Shown here piece by piece: positions 10,957 to 21,024 of a DNA stretch of 64,000 bases; the first letter of the stretch is position 1; the number at the start of each line of letters is the position of its first letter. The translations under genes and the position numbers were made by a program. The DNA lies in contig JAQBYT010000014.1 in assembly GCA_027622665.1 (NCBI GenBank), positions 1 through 64,000 of the forward strand. Direction: 5' to 3'. The stretch is from Verrucomicrobiota bacterium (GTDB taxonomy: Bacteria; Verrucomicrobiota; Verrucomicrobiia; Opitutales; Seribacteraceae). The notes under the pieces are model-generated. The model was not told the origin of the DNA. It did no database searches and worked only from the letters and a program-made list of their open reading frames with translations.

Positions 10957-11128
10957 AGCTTATGTCTCCTAGATAATAAGGTTACTGTGATTCGCGTTTA
11001 GTCGTTCTTATCCAAATTCCAAAAACCTTATCCACGCAACATTAGAATACTATTCATCAATCCTGCAGCACTTGCTGGCGTTAATGGCTTCATCTTTGGT
11101 TGCACGGTTTAGCTCTAATGAAATGCTT

Positions 11129-13876
11129 CTAGTCTTTCTTCCGCCTTATTGGCAGTGGTAATCCATTTGGAAAAAGAACCTCCAGAGGAGCCTTCCCCGG
11201 GCGAAATTGGGTTTTCCATGTTGGTTCGTCGAAGGAACCGCCGATTTTCATATTGCCTAGAGCAGATAATGGATCGGCCAATTGAGTTAATTTGCTCACC
11301 AAGGGTAAGTTCCCCAAAAGGTGGAAGCGTGCCTCGAAGTCTAGGAGACCTTTGAGGAGATTGACTTCTCCATTTGCGACCAGAAGAGAAGTGGGGCCCG
11401 AGAGATTCAAATTGTTGAAGATCGCTCGCTCTCCAGATAGAATAAAAGGCGCATTTAATTCTGTGAAACCGACATTTATGCCCGCCAGTGGGGTAATCCC
11501 AAATATCTGAATCTTAGCAATAACCTCGGCCAGAAAACTAAATATCGGAATCTCATGAAGGGCCGGATCCTTAACCAATAGAGACCCATTGCCCTCGAAG
11601 CTCCAGATTTCATCGATTCGACCCGAGGCTTCCAAGGCAAGATCGAGAATCCCACTTGTGAGTTTATCCGTCGGATCTTGATGACTAGAGTTTTTATCTT
11701 CTGAAAATGCATCCGACAATGTCATGACCTCCGCAAAGCTTGCTCGATTTGCTTCTGTAATAGACAACTCAATGTCCAACTCGCTACCGTTTTGTTCTTC
11801 ACGGAATAGAAGAGTTCCCGATCCCCTTCCCCCTGCAAGGCCAAAGTCGAGTTTTTCGATATGGGTTTGGTCGCCACTCGATTGCAAATCCAACGAAAGG
11901 TATTCCAATGGCATTCCTGAAAAGCGAATAGGATTGTGAGCAGCCACGTGTATGCGGAAATCTGTCAAGTCTTCATTGTCGCTCCAGTTGACGTCGTTTG
12001 CCAGGAGCACTTGGCCTTTTGCTGCAACCTTTACTGTCGAATTTGTGTCGAAACGTGAGAGAACTTTTTCCGCAACCGGGCCGAAAGCTCTGCGGCAATG
12101 CGTTGGGTTCATATCTCCCTTTAGGTTGAAACCGAGAACCAGGGGCTGGGTCGAGGAGGAGCGTGGGAAGGATAAATGACCTGCAACCTTCCCCGCCGGC
12201 GGGAAGAGATTGATTTCTGTGATTCTGGTGTTCTTTTCGTCGACGATTACCTTGAACGAACCTTTGTCCCACGGAAAATCTCTGTAGCTGATGTTAGATA
12301 CTTCAACTGCGCCATAAGCCGTTATTCTCTTTTTATTGTTTAACCATTCCCCTTGTATGTCAAAGTCGCCGTAAGGAATATCCTTACTCCAAGCGAAATC
12401 TTCCCAGATCACATCCCACCAATCCCTTATCCATGGATTGATCTCGGTTGGCATGGAGCGACCCTCAAGAAGGAATCGAAAGTCAAGATTGGACCAGTTC
12501 TGTAGAAAAGAGCCTCTGACTTCTGAGTGCTTGAGCCTTCCATAAATGTCGTGAGCGAGTATGGATCCATCCTGATTGATTTTTCCGTGGATGCGGTATC
12601 TCGCGGGCGGTGAGTTTCTTATGATTAACTCCTCGGCCTCCATTCTGAATTTCGAACCCGAGAAATTACCATCTTGAAGTCGCATGGGGCCAATCGTTGC
12701 CGTAATTAGGTTTGGAGTGAGAAGCATTCTTTTTTTTGCCCATTCCTCAATGGTTGGCGAGGATAGATCCTGAGGTTGGACTGAAATGGTAAGAACCCCT
12801 TCTACATTTGTTTTCCAAGGATTGGCTGTTCCCGAGAAGATGATCTTGGATTCGCTGGTCCCCATTGCCGCGAAAAGGGCAAAGCTATCATTTCCTGAGG
12901 GGGAGGCTTCGAGATGAACGGTGGGAAGTCTTCCCTCGAATTCACCTGACAATGACAATCCTTCCAGCTTTGCATCAATTATAGGTAGTTCAGTGATTTC
13001 TTGAGAACTACATTTGAATCCATCTACTTGAGCCCTGATTTGTCCAATCTCGATTTTTTCATCAATATTGTCCAAATACAGTTTGCTTGCGGCGAGTAAC
13101 AATGAACTCTCGATGTCCTTGCGTCCGTTCATTTCTGTATTCGTTGAGCAATGTAGGGACTCTGCTTCGTAAGATCCTAGTTTGATTGCACCGCTTTCTG
13201 CGAGAAGGCGGATTTCGCATTGATCCTCAATCGTGAGATGAACCCCTAAAATGGGTTGCTCGGTTTCAGCTAGAATAGCTTTTGCTTTTTCGCTCCATTT
13301 TATTGCTTGCCAATACATTACCGAAAAATCCTGTCGAAGAAGTCTGGAGATTTTTTTTCGAGGAACCCTTCTTTTGGAAAATGCCTTTTCAGTGTTCCAC
13401 AAACCGCGAAAATCAAATCTGGAAGATAATGCCCGCCCTTCAAAGGCAAACCTGATGATTTCTTCACGAAAATGTAGGGTTCCCGAAAAGTTCTCCAGAG
13501 CAGGTCTTCTTTCTTGATCAGCCGCTAAGCACGAAGCATCCTCGATTCTGGCATCAGTTGGTTCGAAATCCCCCATAAGCAAGGAACTTAGTTTGACATG
13601 AGCGTCTAGCCTTCGAATAAAGCAGAGGGCGGGGAGATCTTTTCCAGTAGCTTTCAGTCTTGCGTTTCTAATTTCAATATTCCCCCCAAGAGTGAACGTT
13701 GCTTCCTCTACATTGATGACTAATCCATCTGGAACAGTGGCGCTACTGATTTTCTGAATCCAAAATTCGGGGACTGGAAATCGAATATCCAGAAGCAAAA
13801 GAAACAGAATCTGTAGTGCAAGGGTTGCCAGAAGGAACTTACCCGCCCAGTTGCCCCATCTTTGATTTCTTTTCAA
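11129..13876 (-). CDS. AsmA-like (bridge-like) envelope protein
   Basis: 915 aa, N-terminal TM anchor, long beta-rich body, AsmA-like C-terminus 'FTELNAPF...NLNLSGPTSLLVANGEVNL'. Confidence 0.72.
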   Translation of the reverse strand: MKRNQRWGNWAGKFLLATLALQILFLLLLDIRFPVPEFWIQKISSATVPDGLVINVEEATFTLGGNIEIRNARLKATGKDLPALCFIRRLDAHVKLSSLLMGDFEPTDARIEDASCLAADQERRPALENFSGTLHFREEIIRFAFEGRALSSRFDFRGLWNTEKAFSKRRVPRKKISRLLRQDFSVMYWQAIKWSEKAKAILAETEQPILGVHLTIEDQCEIRLLAESGAIKLGSYEAESLHCSTNTEMNGRKDIESSLLLAASKLYLDNIDEKIEIGQIRAQVDGFKCSSQEITELPIIDAKLEGLSLSGEFEGRLPTVHLEASPSGNDSFALFAAMGTSESKIIFSGTANPWKTNVEGVLTISVQPQDLSSPTIEEWAKKRMLLTPNLITATIGPMRLQDGNFSGSKFRMEAEELIIRNSPPARYRIHGKINQDGSILAHDIYGRLKHSEVRGSFLQNWSNLDFRFLLEGRSMPTEINPWIRDWWDVIWEDFAWSKDIPYGDFDIQGEWLNNKKRITAYGAVEVSNISYRDFPWDKGSFKVIVDEKNTRITEINLFPPAGKVAGHLSFPRSSSTQPLVLGFNLKGDMNPTHCRRAFGPVAEKVLSRFDTNSTVKVAAKGQVLLANDVNWSDNEDLTDFRIHVAAHNPIRFSGMPLEYLSLDLQSSGDQTHIEKLDFGLAGGRGSGTLLFREEQNGSELDIELSITEANRASFAEVMTLSDAFSEDKNSSHQDPTDKLTSGILDLALEASGRIDEIWSFEGNGSLLVKDPALHEIPIFSFLAEVIAKIQIFGITPLAGINVGFTELNAPFILSGERAIFNNLNLSGPTSLLVANGEVNLLKGLLDFEARFHLLGNLPLVSKLTQLADPLSALGNMKIGGSFDEPTWKTQFRPGKAPLEVLFPNGLPLPIRRKKD

Positions 13877-13925
13877 GTGCTACAGGAGTTTCTCGTGCCT
13901 GTTTGGAGCGAGTAACCGATAAGGG

Positions 13926-15740
13926 TCATGGATTCGGATTTGAGTCGTCAGGAAGTATTTCCGAAAGAAGATCCATTAGACCAATAGGAATGAGAAATGA
14001 AAGTTTGGCGGATGGCGAACCTCCTCCCCAAGTCTGTCCTCCTATACGGTTTGTGAACCGGTAAACACGAGTTTCGTTTCCGTCACCTTCACCACCCGGT
14101 AAAGCAAGGTCGGATTGTAATTCGTAACGCCAAGGGATTGTTTGACCACGTAGTCGGATACCGTTGGATAAATACTTTTCGCTGATGATTTCTCGGGCAC
14201 TGAAGTTTCTTAAGAAATATTCAAGATCCTTGGTCTGATTGGTGTCGAGAGAGATCTCCGTGCTGTTGGCGTCGATGTCCATTAAGCGAATACCCTTTAT
14301 GTCAACGGCTTGAGGAAGGCGTTCCAGTAGGCGTTTCCGAAAGCGAAGAGGGGAGGGAGCCAAGAGAATCGGGATAGTCTCGTCCGCGGTGAAAACGAAG
14401 GGTGCGTCGTCTCGACGAGCATACCAACCGGACAATCCATCGGCATGGTTTCCGATGCGTAAAGCTACAGTTTCTCCTTCCATCGTAGTTAGCATGACGG
14501 AATGTCGGGGTTGGTCGAAGCCATATCCCTTGAGGTCTTCTTCCGAAGGAGCGTCACTTACAAATGACCGTGCTTCTAGTGAGAGCAACTTATAGAGGAA
14601 ATTCTCGATTGTCTCGATATCGCCCGGTCTTGTGGACACTTCTCCTTCATCGTCTAGTAATATAACTTCCCAGCGACCGTCCTCTAGTTTATGTAGCGAA
14701 AGTCTAAGGTTCGAATCATGAATTTCAATGGTGCCGATAGTTTTAGAGTCTAAGGAAAGAAGTCGACGGTTTCTGAGCCTTCCTTCCGCGTTAGCCAGGA
14801 GCGACACTAAGGACTCATTTACAATAAAGATTGCCGACTCTCCTTCGACTTGAGCAGGACGCAAGTTTGCACCGTTCCCATCATCAATGGGTTCTCCTAT
14901 GACTACCGATCTCCCACTCGAACTACCCTCTAAATGTATCCGAAAGGCTGGCGACTCCAACCGCGAGGAGAGGCTTTTTACCTCTGTTGGATCTGTCACG
15001 AAACGTATGGCTTTTGACGAGATGAGCTGGTTTAAGAATAGTCGAACGGTATCTGTGTCTGCAGGGGCTTGAATGGGTGAGGTGATGCTCCATGCACCGG
15101 ATGTTTCTCTCACGATTCGAGTGTTAACGAGGGTATCTCCTCGTTTGATGCGAATTCCGAACGCTCGTACATCGTATACGGGGAAGTTCAGGAATTCACG
15201 CTCGATCCATTCGGCGACCGAAATATTGGCGGTATCCCATAGAGATGTGTTGATCGCCCAAATCTCATTTTTTTCACTTTCATGAAAGTGAGGCATCACA
15301 TAGCGTTCTCGACCATCTCGAGTAGGGGAACCGAACGCGAGTGTGACTTTTCCTGACTTTGATTCTACCGTGATTGCAAGGGCGGAGCGATCCAGTCCAT
15401 AATCGGCAAGGCTTTCTCCTTTCTCCTTTATTTCCTCAAGGCTGAACAGTCTGCGAACCTCGATATGCCGAAGTCTCCCGGTAAGTTTCGAAGTGGCATA
15501 TTCGTCTGCCTTCCATTTCACGGGCGTTAGGATATTCCAACCACCTTCTTCCTTGGCGAGGGTAAGCGAGGTATTGACAGGAAAGCCTCTTCCTATGGTT
15601 ATCTGCTGAGGGTCTCCGAGTAGTTCAATCAGTGCGATTGTTGGGTTAATTGGCGAGCTTTCGTCTTTGTTCGTCAATTGGTAAATCCCAAAAAACGCAA
15701 CCGCGTTTAAAGCTATTAATAGTAAAGTCGAACGCTTCAT
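13926..15740 (-). CDS. DUF4340 domain periplasmic protein
   Basis: Start MKRSTLLLIAL (ATGA overlap with upstream gene); repeated 'W.I..P...AD' and 'L..YG.D.P' motifs; follows a GldG-like gene. Confidence 0.8.
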   Translation of the reverse strand: MKRSTLLLIALNAVAFFGIYQLTNKDESSPINPTIALIELLGDPQQITIGRGFPVNTSLTLAKEEGGWNILTPVKWKADEYATSKLTGRLRHIEVRRLFSLEEIKEKGESLADYGLDRSALAITVESKSGKVTLAFGSPTRDGRERYVMPHFHESEKNEIWAINTSLWDTANISVAEWIEREFLNFPVYDVRAFGIRIKRGDTLVNTRIVRETSGAWSITSPIQAPADTDTVRLFLNQLISSKAIRFVTDPTEVKSLSSRLESPAFRIHLEGSSSGRSVVIGEPIDDGNGANLRPAQVEGESAIFIVNESLVSLLANAEGRLRNRRLLSLDSKTIGTIEIHDSNLRLSLHKLEDGRWEVILLDDEGEVSTRPGDIETIENFLYKLLSLEARSFVSDAPSEEDLKGYGFDQPRHSVMLTTMEGETVALRIGNHADGLSGWYARRDDAPFVFTADETIPILLAPSPLRFRKRLLERLPQAVDIKGIRLMDIDANSTEISLDTNQTKDLEYFLRNFSAREIISEKYLSNGIRLRGQTIPWRYELQSDLALPGGEGDGNETRVYRFTNRIGGQTWGGGSPSAKLSFLIPIGLMDLLSEILPDDSNPNP

Positions 15741-17362
15741 GATGCCAAGATGTCTTTGCGAAGCCAATAAACGAACAAGCCTAGCAAGGCAACTATACTG
15801 GGGACGTAGGCTGTAGAAAAAAGGAGTTCCCTGAACTGTTGTTCGTTCATTTTGATGCTGTAGTTTATTATCTCTTTCGGTGGTATCTCGAGCATGTCGC
15901 TTTCGTCGAGAAACCAATGAACTAGATTGCGAAGAAGGGTACGGTTACCGGCGTTTGATCTAAGGATGCGATTTGCGAAGATTTGCGAACTTCCCATTAC
16001 CGCTACTTTTCCACCTTTTATTTTAACCTCATGCCGAGGTCTAAGTTTTTTTTCAGATAAGCTGGCTACCGGAACGGGTCCGGTGATGTCCAGTAAATCA
16101 TTTCGGACGTCAGGAGGTTTTTGGGAACGCCAGTCACTTATCCCCCAGGAAGTCCGAGAGGAATAGATTAATTCTGTCGCCTCTATTTGTTCGGGGGGGG
16201 CGTTTTCACGTTCAACGGGGCGACATTTACCGGCATAGACAGGTAATCCATGCCGGATAAGAGTCTCCACCACAGGATGTCCCACATCCCGGGAATAAGT
16301 ACGGAGCGAGTAGTCGCCTGAGAAGACATCGAATTTTGAGATGTCGGGGTCGTGGACGAGCATGTCGTGGCAACGTAATCCCCATTCCTTCAGTAAGGGC
16401 CGGAAACCAAAGGCAGGGGGTGAGTCTACGGACAGGTCGACGATGGGGTCGAGCAACAACATTAGGCTGCCTTGCCGTTCGGAAAGGAAAGTTCGAAGTC
16501 GGGCCACTTCCTGTGCCCGGAAAGGTACTTGTGGAGAAGTCACCACGACAAGAGCGGCATCCTCTGGGATAAGAGCATTGGGGTCGGGTGCCAAAGTAGC
16601 CACTTCTAGATTGCGGCTTTCTAAAAACTTTTGCATTTCGGAGAATCCGCGATCACGGTTTGGGTCACTAGGACTTCCCTCGCCGTGGCCTCTGGTAAAG
16701 TAGACCACATTAGGCCCTTTGCGAGCACGAGTAACTCCTAGTAAGGCTCGAAGAATAACTTCTTCACCGCGAAACTTTGTGGGTTCGGGCACATTGCGAT
16801 TGTTCTCTGCCCACTCGTCGTAAAGTCCCGAGTCGAACATAGCATCTCGAGCTTTTGACTCACGGGAGCGAAAGGCTTCCTTCGGGTCAGACGTATCTGT
16901 CGTTGGCTGATCGTCGAACCGAAATAATATTGTTTTTTCCACGTTTTCTTCACCTTGAGTTGCTACGAGGATTAGATTGGGTTCCGCCAAATTATACTTT
17001 TCGATCAAAGTCTTTTGTGCCTTGCGTGCGTTGACGTCTACTCGATGGATGCGGATGGGGAAGGAGGACGGAGCTCTTTCGAAGGCGTCCAGCAATAGAT
17101 CCAAATCTAGCAATAGGCGTTGTATTATCTTTGGCTGGTTGTTCGATTCCCGAATGGTGATGATGATGTCTGCAGGTTTTTCGAGCTTGGCCAACCACGC
17201 TAAGGTTTCTTGCGATAGGGTGTATCTGCCTTCCTTCGTAAGATCGATGTTCAAGTCTACTCTCGATGCCAGTTGATTGAGCCCTAGAGCCAGACTAGTC
17301 AAAAGGATGACTGTGGTCCACCGATGTAACCTACGACTGCGCCCAGCGTTGCAAAAATCCAT
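15737..17362 (-). CDS. GldG-family ABC transporter auxiliary component
   Basis: 'IDLTKEGRYTLSQET', 'VYFTRGHGE', 'GN...L.NLVHW'; N- and C-terminal TM segments. Confidence 0.85.
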   Translation of the reverse strand: MDFCNAGRSRRLHRWTTVILLTSLALGLNQLASRVDLNIDLTKEGRYTLSQETLAWLAKLEKPADIIITIRESNNQPKIIQRLLLDLDLLLDAFERAPSSFPIRIHRVDVNARKAQKTLIEKYNLAEPNLILVATQGEENVEKTILFRFDDQPTTDTSDPKEAFRSRESKARDAMFDSGLYDEWAENNRNVPEPTKFRGEEVILRALLGVTRARKGPNVVYFTRGHGEGSPSDPNRDRGFSEMQKFLESRNLEVATLAPDPNALIPEDAALVVVTSPQVPFRAQEVARLRTFLSERQGSLMLLLDPIVDLSVDSPPAFGFRPLLKEWGLRCHDMLVHDPDISKFDVFSGDYSLRTYSRDVGHPVVETLIRHGLPVYAGKCRPVERENAPPEQIEATELIYSSRTSWGISDWRSQKPPDVRNDLLDITGPVPVASLSEKKLRPRHEVKIKGGKVAVMGSSQIFANRILRSNAGNRTLLRNLVHWFLDESDMLEIPPKEIINYSIKMNEQQFRELLFSTAYVPSIVALLGLFVYWLRKDILAS

Positions 17363-17367
17363 TTTCC

Positions 17368-18147
17368 TCAATCGTTTAAACGTGTCGTGGCAATAATGGC
17401 GAAACCTAGAAAGAGACAGGTCGACACCAGGTAGTGCAAAAGAGTGGCGATGTCGATGAGTCCAACTACGAAATGTTCTAGCCTCTCCAGTCCCGTCGTT
17501 AACGATCCAAGTGAATCCCTTAACACATTTACCGCAGCGAGACCCATTGTGTCGGTAGGCATTTCGCCATAGAAGTACCCCATTAGGGCCAAGTGAAGCG
17601 TTAGCAAAGTGAAGCTAAGCATACCTGCGACCATTTGGTTGCGGGTGACCGAACTGGCGAAAATACCAATTGCCGTGAATGCGGAACCAGCGGCTAACAG
17701 GTATATTCCACCACCAATCAATTGAGCTGGTTCAAGAAGTCGGAGATTTATGGTTTCTTCCGGGAAAAGCCAAACTGCCAAGCAGGGAAACCCTAAAGCG
17801 GAAAGGCACACCAGAATAAAGTAAACATACGATGCAAACCATTTGCCCACCACGACTGCCGTAACGGAAATGGGGGCAACTAACAAAGTTTCAAGGGTTC
17901 CCAATCGACGTTCCTCGGCCAGACTTCGCATTGTGAGAAAGGGTATGAGAGCGGGGGAGCCGAAAATCAAGGCAACTACTAACGAAGCCAAAGGAGGCAA
18001 AAGCCAATCGGTTCGGGCAAAGCTCTCAAGGAAAAATCTGAACCCCAATCCTAGGAGCGTTAGAAAGTAAAAAGCGGCAACGTATGTAGCGGGAGAAATG
18101 AAAAGTCCAAAAACCTCTCTACGAAGAATTACGGAGAAACCTTTCAT
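17368..18147 (-). CDS. ABC-2 permease, GldF-like
   Basis: 'LTMRSLAEERRLGTLETLLVAP', 'SSVTRNQMVA'; multi-TM. Confidence 0.9.
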   Translation of the reverse strand: MKGFSVILRREVFGLFISPATYVAAFYFLTLLGLGFRFFLESFARTDWLLPPLASLVVALIFGSPALIPFLTMRSLAEERRLGTLETLLVAPISVTAVVVGKWFASYVYFILVCLSALGFPCLAVWLFPEETINLRLLEPAQLIGGGIYLLAAGSAFTAIGIFASSVTRNQMVAGMLSFTLLTLHLALMGYFYGEMPTDTMGLAAVNVLRDSLGSLTTGLERLEHFVVGLIDIATLLHYLVSTCLFLGFAIIATTRLND

Positions 18148-19205
18148 TTCGCTCCCTCCTCTTCTTCTTCATCGGGTTGTAGGGTTGCGGAAACTTCCCT
18201 TGCGTTTTCTCGAGATGAATCCGTTTGTTCCCAACTTCGTTTAGTGGCTTTTAGAAAAATCGATTCCAAGTCTGGGCGAGCCATCGTGAACTCGCGGGTT
18301 TGGGTGACGCTTTGGGTCACGAGCGCCTTCAATATGCTCTCCGCGGAGGATTCGCCTTGCGGGGTACAAAAAGAAAAACGTTTTCGACCTGTAGCGTCTG
18401 TCGGGCTTTCACCGGTCAACTCGCATAATGGATCAATGTCTTTCGCTATTTTTTCGATGACTGAACGTTCCCCGCCGGCCACAACTTCAAAAACCGTATT
18501 ATCCAGATATTCTGCCTGCAGTTCCTGCAGAGTCCCTTCCGCCACTATCCGACCTCGGTTTAGAATCAACATGCGATCACAACTAGCTTCCACCTCCGAG
18601 AGCACATGACTGGATAGTAGAAACGACGTTTCTCCTCGCAACCTTTCCAACAGCCTTCGAACGATGCCTGTCTGCCGCGGGTCGAGCCCAATTGTAGGTT
18701 CATCTAAAATCAACAATTTAGGCTCGTCCAAAAGCGCTTCGGCGATGCCGACTCGTTGTCGATACCCTTTGGATAGATTGCCAATGAGTCTTTCTGATGC
18801 TGAGCGACGAAGATCGCATAGGTTTAACGTTGCTTCGAGTCGTTCGCGCAAACGCCCTCCAGACAATCCCTTCAGACGTCCACGAAACTTAAGGTACTCG
18901 GAAACACGCAAGTCCTCGGGCAAGGGGTTGTTCTCGGGAAGGTAGCCAATATGTTTTCTGACTTCGCCTTCTTCCTCTGCCAAGTCCACTCCGCATACTT
19001 GGGCTTCCCCGGAGTCTGCGCCAGTCATACCGCAGAGGATGCGCATCGTCGTACTCTTTCCCGCTCCGTTAGGTCCGAGAAACCCAACGATTTCACCTTT
19101 AGCCACTGAAAATGTGAGCCCCGATAAAGCCTTTACCCGGCCATAGGACTTGCTGAGGTCAGTTACCTCGATGATGTTCTTGGAAACCTTTCTTTCCTCG
19201 CTCAT
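18144..19205 (-). CDS. ABC transporter ATP-binding protein, GldA-like
   Basis: Walker A 'GPNGAGKS', signature 'LSKGYRQR', Walker B 'LILDEPT'. Confidence 0.93.
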   Translation of the reverse strand: MSEERKVSKNIIEVTDLSKSYGRVKALSGLTFSVAKGEIVGFLGPNGAGKSTTMRILCGMTGADSGEAQVCGVDLAEEEGEVRKHIGYLPENNPLPEDLRVSEYLKFRGRLKGLSGGRLRERLEATLNLCDLRRSASERLIGNLSKGYRQRVGIAEALLDEPKLLILDEPTIGLDPRQTGIVRRLLERLRGETSFLLSSHVLSEVEASCDRMLILNRGRIVAEGTLQELQAEYLDNTVFEVVAGGERSVIEKIAKDIDPLCELTGESPTDATGRKRFSFCTPQGESSAESILKALVTQSVTQTREFTMARPDLESIFLKATKRSWEQTDSSRENAREVSATLQPDEEEEEGAK

Positions 19206-19969
19206 GTGGAATCTTGGTCTTGAAAGGCCAAGGCTATTCCCTTCAATGTAAGGTCGGGATCATTTTTTGTTGCGATTTCTCCAACCCTAAAAGCACCGCC
19301 GCCGGTGAGAATGACTTCACTCTCTCCATCTTCGATAATGCCCAAGGCAAACTTCACTTTTTCTAGGATGCCTAGGATCATTGCGGGGAATCCGTGAACG
19401 AGCCCCAAAGCCATCGCTTCCGAGGTGCTGCGCCCAATAGCTTCAGTGAGCGGTGTTTCCGGGAGAGTGACCCTCGGAAGGAGTGCCGCTCTTTCGGTAA
19501 GACAATCGATGAAAACTTGAGGTCCCGGTACAATGACTCCACCTTCGTAACCACCTTCGGAACTGACTATGTCGAAGGTAGCCGCAGTGCCGACGTCTAT
19601 GACGATTGCCGGAGTGCCGTAAAGTCTTTTTGCCGCGAGAGAATTGGCGAGTCTGTCTTGACCAATTAGTTCCGGGGTCGGGTAGCGAATCGGTAGGTTG
19701 CCGCAATTATTGTGAGTGAGTCGAAACGGGTTTGGGGTGATGGCCCGTAACGCATCATGAACGATTTTGTCCGCGGCAGGGACCACGGAGCAAAAAGCAG
19801 TTGCCTTCAGTTCGCGGGGTAACAAACGGATGAATTCTTTCGGGTTCGCGATTAAGTCCTCAGTGAATAGAGTCTGGCAGTCCTTCACCCTCGTTCCGGA
19901 AACCAAACCGAAACGGACATTGGTGTTTCCGATGTCGACGCACAGCACACTCTCTTCACAAATTGTCAT
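19202..19969 (-). CDS. coaX: Type III pantothenate kinase
   Basis: 'VDIGNTN', 'IGQDRLAN', 'IDVGTAATFD', 'GGVIVPG', 'TGGG'. Confidence 0.95.
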   Translation of the reverse strand: MTICEESVLCVDIGNTNVRFGLVSGTRVKDCQTLFTEDLIANPKEFIRLLPRELKATAFCSVVPAADKIVHDALRAITPNPFRLTHNNCGNLPIRYPTPELIGQDRLANSLAAKRLYGTPAIVIDVGTAATFDIVSSEGGYEGGVIVPGPQVFIDCLTERAALLPRVTLPETPLTEAIGRSTSEAMALGLVHGFPAMILGILEKVKFALGIIEDGESEVILTGGGAFRVGEIATKNDPDLTLKGIALAFQDQDST

Positions 19970-21021
19970 CTTTTGCCATTTAGGGTCACGTCCCCCGAAG
20001 AGTGAGATCGGAATCTTCCGTTTCTTAGCTTAATCAGCAAGGCTCCGGATTCATCTATTCCGGAAGCCTTTCCCTTTACCGTTTCCTTGCCGGATTGAGC
20101 AATGACCTGTTTGCCTGCAAGGGCATCCAGAGGCTGCCACGATTTCTTGAGGATTTTGGAGTCGAGTTTGTCGAGGCATTCTTTGTAACCTTTGAGGATA
20201 ACGCCGATTGTCCCGGCAGTTAATTCATGCAAGCGGAAGCTTCCGCCCGCTTCCGACTTAAGTGACGAGGCTGTATCCTTCAGAGCTTTTGGGAAACGAT
20301 TTCGAGCAGCGTTCACATTCAATCCGAGACCGAAAACTAGCGTGCGAACACGTTCGGGGTCAATAGATGCTTCCGTGAGCATGCCGCCGATTTTACGACC
20401 ATTCACTACGAGATCGTTTGGCCACTTTACCATGAGATCGATTCCCGATAGCGAGCGGAGATGGTTGCACAGTCGGATGCCCAACCACAGTGTCAGCAAT
20501 CTCAGTCGCATGGAAGGCATCTCCGGTCGAAAAGCGACGGAAAGGTAAAGGTTCCCTGCAGCGGGACTGTGCCATTTCCGCCCCAATCTGCCACGACCTT
20601 TTTCCTGAGAACTGGCGATGACGGCAAAGGACGCTTTTCTGCCTCCGGCGAGTTGCCGCTCAGCTTCGGAGTTGGTACTGTCCAGAGAATCGAATACAGA
20701 AATCGGACAGACCACTCCTTTCTCCCGAAGCCAAGCTTCCAGAAGGTGCTGGTTGAAATGGTCGGGTTCGGCTTCCAGGCGATAACCGCGGTTGCAGGCA
20801 GCTTCGATTTCGAGACCTTGGGAGCGCAATTTGTCAATACGGCCCCAAACCGCCACTCTAGTCATTTTTAATCGGTCGGCCAGCACGCTGCCTGATACGT
20901 AATCGGGTCTGGCGGCGAGTAAGGTTCGTAACAGGTAGCAACTGGGGTCTTCAAGTCCGGAGCGTTTGCCTTTCGGTTTTGGAGAAACTGTTCGCCTGCG
21001 ACCTTTGGGATACTTTGCCAT
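19966..21021 (-). CDS. birA: Bifunctional biotin protein ligase / HTH repressor
   Basis: N-terminal HTH 'YVSGSVLADRLKMTRVAVW', 'DSTN', 'Q.KGRGRLGRKW', 'KWPND', 'KIGGML'. Confidence 0.96.
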   Translation of the reverse strand: MAKYPKGRRRTVSPKPKGKRSGLEDPSCYLLRTLLAARPDYVSGSVLADRLKMTRVAVWGRIDKLRSQGLEIEAACNRGYRLEAEPDHFNQHLLEAWLREKGVVCPISVFDSLDSTNSEAERQLAGGRKASFAVIASSQEKGRGRLGRKWHSPAAGNLYLSVAFRPEMPSMRLRLLTLWLGIRLCNHLRSLSGIDLMVKWPNDLVVNGRKIGGMLTEASIDPERVRTLVFGLGLNVNAARNRFPKALKDTASSLKSEAGGSFRLHELTAGTIGVILKGYKECLDKLDSKILKKSWQPLDALAGKQVIAQSGKETVKGKASGIDESGALLIKLRNGRFRSHSSGDVTLNGKR

Positions 21022-21024
21022 GAT

